From NCBI GenBank assembly GCA_000004985.1, contig GG738846.1: 64,000 nucleotides of DNA; one strand, written 5' to 3'. The number at the start of each line of letters is the position of its first letter. The first letter of the stretch is position 1. Source of the stretch: Naegleria gruberi (lineage: Eukaryota). Below, one piece after another: positions 8,501 to 18,198 of the stretch. The notes beneath the pieces are model-generated. The model saw only the letters and a program-made list of their open reading frames with translations, ran no database searches and had not been told where the DNA came from. Both the position numbers and the translations under genes were made by a program.

Positions 8501-11408
8501 GAAGATGATTGAAATTGATTCTTTAGTGTTACAAATTTCTCAATCTCTCTACAGAGCCTATGGTATATTTATTGAAAACCTTACTCCGCATGCTATCAAA
8601 CACTCAAGGCAAGAAATTAAACCTATTCAATACTCAACTGATAAGGTGCTCAGCACTGAAAAGATGAATATTATTAAGGCACTCATTGCCACATTGTACT
8701 ATGAACAATCAGTGAAGGGAGCTCTCAAGAAGGAACACAAGTCACTCAAAGAAATTGAATGCAGCTTGCAAATCAAAGATCAAGCCCTTTCACTCACAAA
8801 TAGTGATGAGATGCAGAAAGTTTTCTCAGAACTTTTCCATAAATTTGACGGAGGTGTTGTTGATTGTACAAAGATCAAGTTCCAATCCGATAAGAAGATT
8901 AATCTCGCCTATAACCTTCCTGTATCTGATTCATCATTTGTGTTGCCACTTACAGAAGCTCAAAAGAAGGACCCACTTTTCCCAATTAAATTGCTACAAC
9001 GTATGATCAAAGGTAGTTCACAAGAATCAAAAGAAAAGAAAAATCAAACACTTGATTATACACAGGTGAGACAAAGTTTGCTTTCAGTGAGGGATGATGA
9101 CCAAATTTTTGGTATTTTCAGAGGACTTCCAGGTGAATTGATCAAGTCCCATGGATTGAAATTCAAAGCAATGTCTTCAGCATTTGATAGAAAGATTTCA
9201 TTTATTCATCCACAATCAGATGCAATGAGAAAACAAAGAATAATCATTTCTAGAGATTCTGTTTCTCACCCTTGGGTTGATTTAACAATACCAGAAAAAA
9301 TTCTCGTCTCTGGAAGTGTATCAATCAAGGATATGACCATGTTACTTGATAAGAATACGACACTTCCTGACATTGAATTTTTTTATGAAATGTCCTTAGT
9401 ATTATTCTTGCCTTTGATTTATCCAAGAAGATTTTGCCTTTTCAAACCAAAGTATGGCGATCAAACATTTTGCCTCATATCAGAACTCTTTGAAAAGATG
9501 AAACCACATGAGAAGACTGAATACGTTCAAAATAAGATTAATCTTGATTTGAATGCTATCTATTTAATTTCTAGTGGTGTTAAAAACTTTGACTTGGTTT
9601 TACAAATTCTGAGAAGTTCCATCCAAAAGAAGATTACTGAATTACTAGCCAATCAACCAGTTGTTGATGTTGGTCTGTTATCCGTTCAAATAACTGATCT
9701 ACTCAATAATGCCAAGAATTACCTTTCTCACAAAGGTTACAATAGAAACATCGCCAAAATTATCTCCGTCTTACCTGCAGAAGATGAAGCTGTGGGAGGA
9801 GATGATGAATCATGTGGTGATCACATTCTTAGAACTAGTAGTTTCCAAAGAATTTCTCAAAGAATATTGAACCTATTGTCTAAACAGTGTCTTCTTTCTC
9901 CTGATGATCCACCTGTCGAAATCAAAAAGAAGGGTAAAACAACTATAGAAATAAGCTGTTCATATGATTATCAATACCTACAAGCCAAATATCTCTTGTT
10001 GCGAGAGATTAACAATGATTATGCTGTTTTTGCACATCCAAAACAAGCATTTGTATGCTTGGAAGTTGAGAAGAATAATTTGAAAGACTTTTTATCATCA
10101 ATGGTATACTTTTCAAGTTATGAGGATAAATCTGGAAAGAATAGAGAATTCTATACAATCAATAGAATTCCAGCAACCAAACGGTTAAATATTAGCATAG
10201 ATGAAGGTAAAGAAGGTAATAATGTAAGAAAATCATTCAATACCAAGATGAAATCTGACAAGCTTACTAATGGAGGATTTCTTCTTCAACCTTTTACACG
10301 CTCGATCTCAGCAGATGCTTTCAGAGAAAAAATTCCAGCCAATAGCAGCAATGATGAATACATGCAAGTGTATGCATACTTTGGGAAACAAGTTTTTTAT
10401 CAAGCAAAGGCAGGAGCAACAAAGATTCACTCTCAACAAAAGGGAGTAACATTTGAGTCACTTAGAAAGATGAAGATTGGTAACGATAATGATGTCAAAA
10501 CTCTATTCTTACACTTTATAGATGCAAGACGTCAGCCTGATTCTTCTCTAATTTCAAACTTCTTACTTTCCAAGAAAGCAGAAAATAAGGAAAGTGTATT
10601 CTCCAACAATCATTACTTTAAGAGAATTCTCGTTGATAAGAATCCAGTTTTGGGAAAGCAAAAGGAGTACATTTCACTCAATATTGTAGACATGGACAAG
10701 AAGGAGAGATTTACAATCTTGCTCTACCTCGACAGAGAACAGACCTACAAGGATGAAAATACTGACTTGGTTAAATGTTCTATGCAAAGCTGGAGAAGAT
10801 CTGATACCAAACTGATTTATTTAGATTTTGTCTCTCCAATACTTGTACAACCAAATGATAATGCTGAAACAATATCGAATAAGAATGAAAATACATTGGA
10901 CGTGAGATTTTCCAAAGTTACTCACTCTAGAACTATCAAGGAAGGGTTTAGAGATTTAATTCCAGCATCCATCCAAGAGTTGGAGTCAAGATTGTGGTAC
11001 AATGAGAGCGACTTTACACTTTATTATTGTTATGAGAAGGATGATTCTATATTATTTGCCAATCTGAATGATTTGAATTTGTCATTTGGCAGTACATTGG
11101 AAAATGATGAGTTGTGCAAATTGAGAGCTGAAACACCACTTGCACGTCTCTCAATCGATTCTATTCACTACGATATCAAGGAAAATTTGCACTTTAACGA
11201 TATTAAGATTCAATTTAAGAATAGAACCGACATTTCACATCCAACCCAAAGAAAATCTTTCACTACCCTTAGGGTTTGTAGCCATCAATTACAAGGAGCT
11301 TTAGGTAAAACTTTTGATAGGTCACAAGTGAAAGAATTCATGCAAATGATTCTCTCTTGGAAGGATTTGATGAATGAAAGTAGTTTGAAAACTCTAGAAG
11401 AAGAATAA
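5586..11408 (+). CDS. Giant DEAH/DExH-box RNA helicase (1940 aa) with a low-complexity N-terminal region of about 330 aa and an extension of about 1000 aa beyond the HA2/OB region
   Basis: Helicase motifs: I GFTGCGKSTQLPQ, Ia TQPRRLAA, II DEIHER, III SAT, V TNIAESSITVPDVVIVID, VI QRKGRAGRVSPG. An HA2-like segment follows at about 8.0-8.3 kb. No known domain is recognised in the last roughly 1000 aa. Confidence 0.8.
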   Translation: MKKMFATGPTSSSTTRESSGQNNDNDTTRVSSTHIIVTPDTTFPTFQLSNTLHSTVPQQTIDKRTSYSALEERKRIRAKRKQFNNYQQQEGQSTEEPTYPPVNKSSSSSYYQNYNDTIQRPIQPPTRSVITEEEMNKDLATFKRQIKKEKREKQRVSKKKENNFNPLESNITIDNNSESNDKASSSVASTSSSNVTASNIYDRKQRNKKEKKPNDFRRVKNYFPPVPEGQQLNVQGPRLIESQPESLSATTNKPSTRIRENKRVNSQAIQNNSIESSVTLPVEKLPKAKTKKENQLLPQIGQIKLNNEQHTNTKPKAMDSLPIHEFSSSIINSIEENQVTVITGFTGCGKSTQLPQIVLKHYIENSNTHRLKKIKIVCTQPRRLAATSLARRVNNEMKSYLDKNGLNELFKGRISGHIIGGEAVLDHNTPIVYATEGCLTQIIMGMHSSSTSSYENFHNEFSHIVLDEIHERKVDTDLLLYFVREIVKVNPKIRIILMSATLSQEKICKYFESYLNMDISSAKNNGQNNGGNGEDDELFVSNIEKKVPAIHIPSGCYPVTENHIEDVITLLYNPVSNPLPEEELLSKQQFAPLLSKPLRASIKPERRILGARLIEYLHVRYPLNQSILVFLPGMMEIEDFADDLTANFIGGASAVDCPYDIHILHSLIAEQEQEESLLPPKEGKRKVILSTNIAESSITVPDVVIVIDFCLCKGKYWNENFNSEVMGLDWVSKDSSKQRKGRAGRVSPGILFRMITRDEYEMLDDSVVPEIQRKPLSSVVLQILMFNGAYVDDPTQFKGLPKNYKTPSEVLQKCLDPPNQSLLEQAYYQLESLGAIVNHQLGNSQTDSNSVVNQYELDEAYLVTSIGKFFSLIPTELNAAYLLLIGYSLNLLPECIIIVSILSRSVPILAFSSLKLLSARAIYSFDNGSESDLIAGFNAYNRFKQLQTLRRDHKITPSQFNSQLAKEMLALKKMIEIDSLVLQISQSLYRAYGIFIENLTPHAIKHSRQEIKPIQYSTDKVLSTEKMNIIKALIATLYYEQSVKGALKKEHKSLKEIECSLQIKDQALSLTNSDEMQKVFSELFHKFDGGVVDCTKIKFQSDKKINLAYNLPVSDSSFVLPLTEAQKKDPLFPIKLLQRMIKGSSQESKEKKNQTLDYTQVRQSLLSVRDDDQIFGIFRGLPGELIKSHGLKFKAMSSAFDRKISFIHPQSDAMRKQRIIISRDSVSHPWVDLTIPEKILVSGSVSIKDMTMLLDKNTTLPDIEFFYEMSLVLFLPLIYPRRFCLFKPKYGDQTFCLISELFEKMKPHEKTEYVQNKINLDLNAIYLISSGVKNFDLVLQILRSSIQKKITELLANQPVVDVGLLSVQITDLLNNAKNYLSHKGYNRNIAKIISVLPAEDEAVGGDDESCGDHILRTSSFQRISQRILNLLSKQCLLSPDDPPVEIKKKGKTTIEISCSYDYQYLQAKYLLLREINNDYAVFAHPKQAFVCLEVEKNNLKDFLSSMVYFSSYEDKSGKNREFYTINRIPATKRLNISIDEGKEGNNVRKSFNTKMKSDKLTNGGFLLQPFTRSISADAFREKIPANSSNDEYMQVYAYFGKQVFYQAKAGATKIHSQQKGVTFESLRKMKIGNDNDVKTLFLHFIDARRQPDSSLISNFLLSKKAENKESVFSNNHYFKRILVDKNPVLGKQKEYISLNIVDMDKKERFTILLYLDREQTYKDENTDLVKCSMQSWRRSDTKLIYLDFVSPILVQPNDNAETISNKNENTLDVRFSKVTHSRTIKEGFRDLIPASIQELESRLWYNESDFTLYYCYEKDDSILFANLNDLNLSFGSTLENDELCKLRAETPLARLSIDSIHYDIKENLHFNDIKIQFKNRTDISHPTQRKSFTTLRVCSHQLQGALGKTFDRSQVKEFMQMILSWKDLMNESSLKTLEEE

Positions 11409-11524
11409 ACCCAATCTCCATCACAAACTCTCCCAGTCAATTTATTCCATGATATTTCCTTTTTAATCAAAATAAATAGTCTATTCAATAATAAAACAAT
11501 AATATTAATTATTGATTTAAAAAA

Positions 11525-13372
11525 ATGTTCACACTCTCCCAATGTTTAAACTGTCATGATTTTTATCATCCGACCAATTTGTACAGTCTTTGCATATTGA
11601 AAAAGGGACTTTCAAACAATTCTATTCCTTCCACAACAAGTAATCAACAACAATCACAACAACAGGAAGCAAACAAGGAACATTCCTTCATATTTACAGC
11701 AACGAGTAATAATATCTATGTCTTGTTAGATTCCGATGATCATCAGCAACAATTATCAACCTCTCCTACTTCAATAATTAATATATTAAATAATTCTAGC
11801 AATAATACTACAATTAACAGTAATATTGCAAATAATAATAATAAGGATGTATTTATTCAACGTGAATTTCCCATTCAAGAAATTCCAATTTATAATATTA
11901 GTAGAATTCCAGCAGACTCTCAGATAATTTCCATCTCAGCCTTTAATTCTAATTATGATAAGAGTAAGCTAGTGTTGGGAGTTACATTCACACAACCAAT
12001 TAATACTAGTATTAATACATCATTGGATAATAGTGAACAAAAGAGAAAGTATATTGATGATGATGAAAATAGAGATGAGGATCAATATTCGTCATCGTAT
12101 GATTCTGGAGGTGGAGGTGATAGTACAGATGAGGATTCGGAAATGAATACTATTCATTCAAAAAAGAAAAAGAAGAAGGTTAATACAAGTGGAGGTGGCT
12201 CTTCATTTGTGTCACATTCAAAGATGAATGAAAATGAAGAGAATGAACAACAGAATCAACAGAATCAACAATTTAATAATTATTTCTACATTTACTTGTT
12301 GGATATTGATGAAATTGTGAATAATCATAATAATATCAAGTACAATTCATTATTGTACAGTAGTAATATTAATACACAAAATCAAACCAAGCACAAGTGT
12401 ATTCAAACATTCTCTTTAGGATATGTTCCATTGAAGTTGAGCACTCAAACAACAACTCTATATCCCAATTTACAAAAATACTCAATATTTGTCATTTGTG
12501 GAAGTGATAAGAATTTTCATTGTTTTTCTGATATTATTCTCACTCCTCAAAATAATTCAATCCTTCTCAAATTATTTGACCTTCCTCTCTACACTAGGAA
12601 TAATGAATATGCCAGTAATATTAGACATTATTACAATAGATTCAATGAAAATTTATTTATTGAATATGATTTTATTATACCAGGAGGTGTACCAGGTTCT
12701 GTCATTGATTTTGATTCTAATAATAACTTATTGGTCATGGGATGTCAAAATGGTTTTGTGAAAATTTGTAAAGGTGCCAATCTTGAACTACAGTTCATGT
12801 TGAATAGTCCAATTAGTTCTGTAAAAATTTTAAACTATACACCTACAGAGTTGAGTTTGTTGGTGGGTGAATCTGTTGGTAGGGTTGTCCTCTACAATGT
12901 TCCCCTCACTTCCTTTGTCAAGGATAATAATAATCAAATGGTTCCCTCCACTCCCTCCATAATCAATAATACCAATGAAATAATGACCAATATCCAATCT
13001 ACTGTTATTTACAGTGACGAGTTTGGAGACTCGATTACATGTCTCTATGCCCAACCTTACAGGTGTGGCATTACGGATATTTATATTGGTACCTACAATA
13101 GAAAACTAATTGTCTACCAATTTGAGAGTAATACATGCATTTACAAATGTACCTATCATTTTGAATATCCAATACAATACATTGATTCATTGGACATTAA
13201 TAATGATGGAGTGAAGGAAATTATCATTTGCACCATGTTTGAAATTCAAATATTACAACCTGACCTTACCTCTATTGCCAATTATATCAAGGAAAAGTTA
13301 AAACTCAATAATGCAACATTGCCAACAGAGACAACTAACCACCACCAATCCATAACCACTACCTTAGAATAA
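11525..13372 (+). CDS. Kaptin-like protein (KPTN, a KICSTOR complex component), a tentative homolog
   Basis: From memory of human KPTN: [22 protein letters not shown] resembles [38 protein letters not shown] resembles [25 protein letters not shown] resembles DGPISRVIV, and [16 protein letters not shown] resembles DVDLDGRPEVLVATYG. An N/Q-rich insert is present. Confidence 0.5.
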   Translation: [615 protein letters not shown]

Positions 13373-13736
13373 TCAGAGTGATAAAATGACCTACCCTTTG
13401 CAACGTTCAATACCACCGTAATGCCCTTTTTGTAAACTTTTGAAACATTCTTGCGTGAGGAGTTCTTATCTGAAATGGCCTTTGCAAAAATCATTATACA
13501 AAGATCTATTTAATAATTGCATTCATTTCAATACAATCAGTTGACAGGCATGCCACATAAAATGTTCTTTTTTCAGAACCCAAACCTCATGGCCAAATCA
13601 CTATGAAAATTGATTATTAGTGAACCTTCTTCCAATCTTTTTTTAAACTCCGGACTTTTTATCATTGCCTTGATTTTTTATTATGGTGAGCGCTTGTTTG
13701 GTAGGACTTGTTTGCAAGAAATAAAAAATAAATAAG

Positions 13737-16004
13737 ATGGCTACGAGTACGGGTAGATTCATTGCCGTCGTTTTAATGATGACCCTGATGATGGTTAGCA
13801 TTATGAATGGTTCGGAAATTCCTTCATCATACTTTAAAAATGTTCAAGGACCTCCAAGTGAATTTGCTAATTTTGCTGATCCAACACCAGCCGATGCTTC
13901 ATTGGTATCAGATTCTTTCATGATGGAAATTGCTCTCCAACAACAAGGAGACAAGGCTTCATGGCAAGGAATGATTCCAGTTGACTCTTTGGATCATGTT
14001 GCTATTTCTATTGTTGGTCCTGATGCTAAATACATGAATTTGAGAGTTGTTAATATTGATGATGTCGTTGTTAACGAATTACAAGAAGCTAACATTGAAA
14101 ATTATAATCAAGCTATTAAAGCTAAAAATCACGTTGTAAATACATGGATGGGTTATGATAAGCATAGCTCTGTTCCAGCTAAAGTTTTCAACTTTAATAA
14201 CAATGATCAAGTTAAGACTGGAGATTGGATTATTGAAGTTAGTTTGGATTCTCAAGCTCCACAAGCTGTTCAACAAAAGTATCAATCTAAGAAGGATACA
14301 TCAAAGGCTGACTTGATGTTGATCATTTATAATAGTAGCCCATTGACTGCTCATACTCAATCTATCAATATGAATGCTGTTCTTGGTGAAAAGATTGGTT
14401 TCATTACTCGTGTTACTGACAAGACTGAAGCTGAAAAGAGAGAAAGAATTGGTGTCAAGTATGTTCCAAAGGCTATTCCAGCCGAAAGTTTCGAACATAT
14501 TGAAGCTGAAATTGATGTTCAATATCCTGATGGAAAGGAAGACATTGTTCCAATGCACTCTACTTCTTTTGCTGGTATTCAAGCTTTGGAACACCAAGGT
14601 GCTTTCAGTGGTGAATTTGTTGCTACTGAAAAGGGTATTTTCCACTTTAGAGTTGTTGTTAAGGGTGTTGTTGGTGCAGAAATGAGAAAGACTCTCTTCA
14701 AATCTGCCAAGTTTATTGATCCACAATCACCAAAGATTACCTTTATGCGTACCACTCAACACATTATTGCTATTGTTGATAAGGAAGTTCAATTGGTCAA
14801 GGATGGTGCTCTCGCTTCCTTTACTCAAGCTGATGAAATGATGACTGTCAATTTGCAAGCTAAAAAGTTGTTGCCATCTGCTGAACCAAAGAAGTATAAG
14901 GCCTTTGCTGAAGTTTGGGCTGTTTCCAAGACTGATGCTTCCAAGCTTGTCCCAGTTTGTTACACTCTTGGTATGACTATTTCTTCTGATTCTCAAGAAC
15001 TCGGTAAGGATTATGTCAGTATTCCATTGCAATTCTCCATGAAGTGGTTGTCAAAGGCTAACGCTATGCTTCCATTGACATTGAAGAATATCAAGATTCA
15101 AGATGTTGACACCTCATCTGCTATTAGTGAATTGGATGAAGTCTCTTCAATTGAAACTCACAGTCTCTTGATTGATACTGAAACCAAGAAGGTTAATCAC
15201 AGACTCACTGAAAAGTCCATTGTTCACTCATATATTAACGATCTCTTGATGGATAAGTATGCTTTTGAACAAGTTACTGAAACCATGTTGATGGGTCCAA
15301 GACCAAAGCAACTCACTCTCAAGGCTAGGGCTAGAAATAGCAACCATAAGGTTATCCTTGTTCACGGTTATTGCTCTGCTGGTGATCCATTCACTGCCTC
15401 TCACTTCCAAAATGCCATTGTTTTCAGCGATCCAAACCAATCTAGAAGCAATGACAAGTTTGCTCAAATGATTTGGGAAGTTGCTAAGGATTTGGATTCA
15501 TTCGCTGTTGTTGCTCACAGTCAAGGTGGTATGGCAGGTGTTCACTTGTACACTTTCTATTGGTCAACTGCTGATAATATTCCAACCAATGCTAACATTA
15601 GACTTTTGCAATCTGTTGGTACTCCTTATGGTGGTTGTTCTGCTGCTGGTTCCATTGCTAACCTTGGTAAGGTCTTTGGTGCTGGATGTGGTTCAAATAC
15701 TGATTTGAGTCCTGATGGTGCTTCAAAGTGGCTCAAGACTATTCCAGAAGCCTCTCAAAAGAAGGTCTATTATTACACTACTCAAAATAAGAAGGATGGT
15801 TCCTCATGTCACTCCATGATGGACTGGATTTTGTACAAGCCAAACGATGGTACTTCTGAAATTAGATATACTTCTGCTTTGACTTCTGCTAACAATATGG
15901 GTTTGAAGTACGGATGGTGTCACACTACTGACATGAATTATCCACCTCAATGTACTGATCCAGATCGTAATGCTGAACTCAACAAGTATGCTAACGGTTT
16001 TTAA
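13737..16004 (+). CDS. Secreted protein with a C-terminal class-2 lipase-like alpha/beta-hydrolase domain and a large N-terminal domain of about 500 aa
   Basis: A cleavable hydrophobic N-terminus (MATSTGRFIAVVLMMTLMMVSIMNG) is present. HKVILVHGYCSAG...VVAHSQGGMAG...SVGTPYGG resembles the Bacillus LipA (Lipase_2) nucleophile elbow AHSMGG. Codon usage differs strongly from neighbouring genes (GGT/GCT/TCT/AAG/TTC rich), consistent with high expression. Confidence 0.65.
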   Translation: MATSTGRFIAVVLMMTLMMVSIMNGSEIPSSYFKNVQGPPSEFANFADPTPADASLVSDSFMMEIALQQQGDKASWQGMIPVDSLDHVAISIVGPDAKYMNLRVVNIDDVVVNELQEANIENYNQAIKAKNHVVNTWMGYDKHSSVPAKVFNFNNNDQVKTGDWIIEVSLDSQAPQAVQQKYQSKKDTSKADLMLIIYNSSPLTAHTQSINMNAVLGEKIGFITRVTDKTEAEKRERIGVKYVPKAIPAESFEHIEAEIDVQYPDGKEDIVPMHSTSFAGIQALEHQGAFSGEFVATEKGIFHFRVVVKGVVGAEMRKTLFKSAKFIDPQSPKITFMRTTQHIIAIVDKEVQLVKDGALASFTQADEMMTVNLQAKKLLPSAEPKKYKAFAEVWAVSKTDASKLVPVCYTLGMTISSDSQELGKDYVSIPLQFSMKWLSKANAMLPLTLKNIKIQDVDTSSAISELDEVSSIETHSLLIDTETKKVNHRLTEKSIVHSYINDLLMDKYAFEQVTETMLMGPRPKQLTLKARARNSNHKVILVHGYCSAGDPFTASHFQNAIVFSDPNQSRSNDKFAQMIWEVAKDLDSFAVVAHSQGGMAGVHLYTFYWSTADNIPTNANIRLLQSVGTPYGGCSAAGSIANLGKVFGAGCGSNTDLSPDGASKWLKTIPEASQKKVYYYTTQNKKDGSSCHSMMDWILYKPNDGTSEIRYTSALTSANNMGLKYGWCHTTDMNYPPQCTDPDRNAELNKYANGF

Positions 16005-16141
16005 GTAAAGTATTTCTAGTTTTAAATAAATCTAAGTTTTTGTGTGAAATGTATTTTTTCTTCTTAAAGAACTTTTGTTTCAATATTGTTAAGGCAAACC
16101 ATTTTTAAATTAACAACGTTCATTAAAACAATCACAAAAAA

Positions 16142-16765
16142 ATGAGTTTACGACCAGAATTCACCAGACAAGACAGCCTCTCATCTTCCGTAAGCTATGA
16201 AGATGTTGATGACGAGCCTTCCCCATTTTCATCTTCCGAAGTTGATCAACAACAATTTGTGCTTGATAATAATTCATTGTTAGAGGCTAGATTTTCTATT
16301 GAACATGTAAAAACTGTCCTATCGCAACTCTACAAACAATTAACATGTTTTAATATTTTCATCATGATTTTAGTGTACATAGTAATCGTATCTGCAAGTT
16401 CCATATTTTTCTTTTTTGTTGCGTCCACAGATGTGAATTATGATGATAATGTTTACAATAGTATGAACACATTCGAATATCTGCACTATTCATTTACAGC
16501 CTCAAGAAGAATTCTGCACTGGAAGAGACTATTGATCGTGATTGCATTCCAATTATTTGTATTTATTAGTCATTTATCATTCTTCCTCACCTTCTTCCAA
16601 TATTGCAAAAACAAATACGTGCAAGGACCTCTAATCAGAATGGAACATTTGAAAACAATTTACAAGCAAAAATTGTTCATTGCTGTTTCCTTAATAACTC
16701 TCACGAGTATGATTAGTCTCTTCTTACTATCTCCTAATATTGTTAATTGGCTGTTTGGACTCTAA
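16142..16765 (+). CDS. Hypothetical small multi-pass membrane protein
   Basis: 207 aa with a true ATG, an acidic N-terminus, then 3-4 hydrophobic helices. The stop TAA at 16763..16765 overlaps the stop of the convergent gene. Confidence 0.45.
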   Translation: MSLRPEFTRQDSLSSSVSYEDVDDEPSPFSSSEVDQQQFVLDNNSLLEARFSIEHVKTVLSQLYKQLTCFNIFIMILVYIVIVSASSIFFFFVASTDVNYDDNVYNSMNTFEYLHYSFTASRRILHWKRLLIVIAFQLFVFISHLSFFLTFFQYCKNKYVQGPLIRMEHLKTIYKQKLFIAVSLITLTSMISLFLLSPNIVNWLFGL

Positions 16766-18123
16766 TTTTCAGTTCCTTGCAATGGTTGTGAATAAAACTT
16801 ATTATCCAAATCAGTTTCATGTTTTTTCAAGTTGATAAATTGATCATTCTCAATTACATTCTTGTAATAGTGATTGACAAAGGTGAGGAGATTGTTAAGA
16901 ATTTCTAAAAACTTGTCATTGGACATGTAAATCAAGTGTAATAATTTAGGTGAGGCAATCTTTTCAAATATAAATATACAAAATAGTAAAATATTGAGAT
17001 AAATACTCGTGATGGTCCAAAATAACTGATTCACAAATGATTTTGGTATTTGCATGAGATTTTTCATTCTCAAATAAACTGAAAGAATCATGTAGAAATT
17101 CTTTGGATTATTATTTCTAATCTTGGCTAGTAATCTGGCAACAGTGAGCTTTGCATTGGTTCCAATTCTGAAATACTTCCTAAAATTTAACATTAAATCC
17201 GAAAGATGATTCTCCAATTTGGACAATTCAATTACAATAATCGGTTTGATAAAAAAATTGAATCGATCATGTACATAGGTTACAGTTAATAGAGTTAAAA
17301 TTGCTAATGATTTGATAATGTTCAATAAAATTTCCACAAACAGAATAATCATACTAGAAGTAATTGGTCTATCAATAGTTGTATAATATTCTGGTTTGAT
17401 TTTTTCATTTTCAGAACTCTTCTCATTAAAATCAATCCCATCACTATTACTGCTCGCATTAAATAATTTAAATAGCATCTTATCAATACTATATACTGTA
17501 TTATTAGTATTACTACTAGCATTATTATTTACATTAAAATTCTGTTTTGATGATGGATCATCCTCTTCCTCAATTGGTAGATCAAATCCAACACTTGATG
17601 ATTTCTTCTCCTTTTCCTTTTTTGAATTTTCTTTATCTAATAACTTCATATTGTGATGATCATCTTCATCAACCATTTCCAAAACATTGTAAACACTCTT
17701 TATAAAATTGGTCAATTTGTTCACTGATTGAAATGGATGTAATAATATCTGTGAATCATATTCATTATAATATTTAGCCTTTATCCTTTCATTACTATTA
17801 ATATTGTGAGAAAATAAATTATGAAGAATTGGAGCATTGGTTGAAATTTTGAACAAGTGATGATCTAATAAATCAATCTTATTTTCCTTTAACTTGTTGA
17901 GAATTTTCGTTCGTAATTCCTGATTTTTAATGGGTTTCAAGTGTGAGAGGAGTTGAACAAGTCTTCTCCTTTTCGAATAATCGGATGGTGGTGTTGTTGA
18001 TGATGGTATTTTGTATGTTGATGATGGTGTCGATGATGAATCCGAGTGTTGTGAATGTTCATTATTATGATGTTGTTTATCAAATGAGTGAGGATGAATT
18101 GTTAAGAGATCAAATAGGAACAT
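16762..18123 (-). CDS. Hypothetical protein with a C-terminal two-helix membrane region
   Basis: 453 aa with a true ATG at 18123. The N-terminal half is H/S/N-rich and low-complexity, with hydrophobic helices near the C-terminus. The stop is TAG, the reverse complement of 16762..16764. Confidence 0.5.
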   Translation of the reverse strand: MFLFDLLTIHPHSFDKQHHNNEHSQHSDSSSTPSSTYKIPSSTTPPSDYSKRRRLVQLLSHLKPIKNQELRTKILNKLKENKIDLLDHHLFKISTNAPILHNLFSHNINSNERIKAKYYNEYDSQILLHPFQSVNKLTNFIKSVYNVLEMVDEDDHHNMKLLDKENSKKEKEKKSSSVGFDLPIEEEDDPSSKQNFNVNNNASSNTNNTVYSIDKMLFKLFNASSNSDGIDFNEKSSENEKIKPEYYTTIDRPITSSMIILFVEILLNIIKSLAILTLLTVTYVHDRFNFFIKPIIVIELSKLENHLSDLMLNFRKYFRIGTNAKLTVARLLAKIRNNNPKNFYMILSVYLRMKNLMQIPKSFVNQLFWTITSIYLNILLFCIFIFEKIASPKLLHLIYMSNDKFLEILNNLLTFVNHYYKNVIENDQFINLKKHETDLDNKFYSQPLQGTEN

Positions 18124-18198
18124 TTTTTAATTATTAAATGATAAATTTAATATTTAAATAATAATTCAAATAATTATTATTTTAATTAATAATTAACT

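Noticed and set aside
11285-11542. 85-aa minus-strand ORF spanning the helicase 3' end and the kaptin start
   Set aside because: It overlaps two well-supported genes on the opposite strand and is AT-rich, low-complexity sequence.
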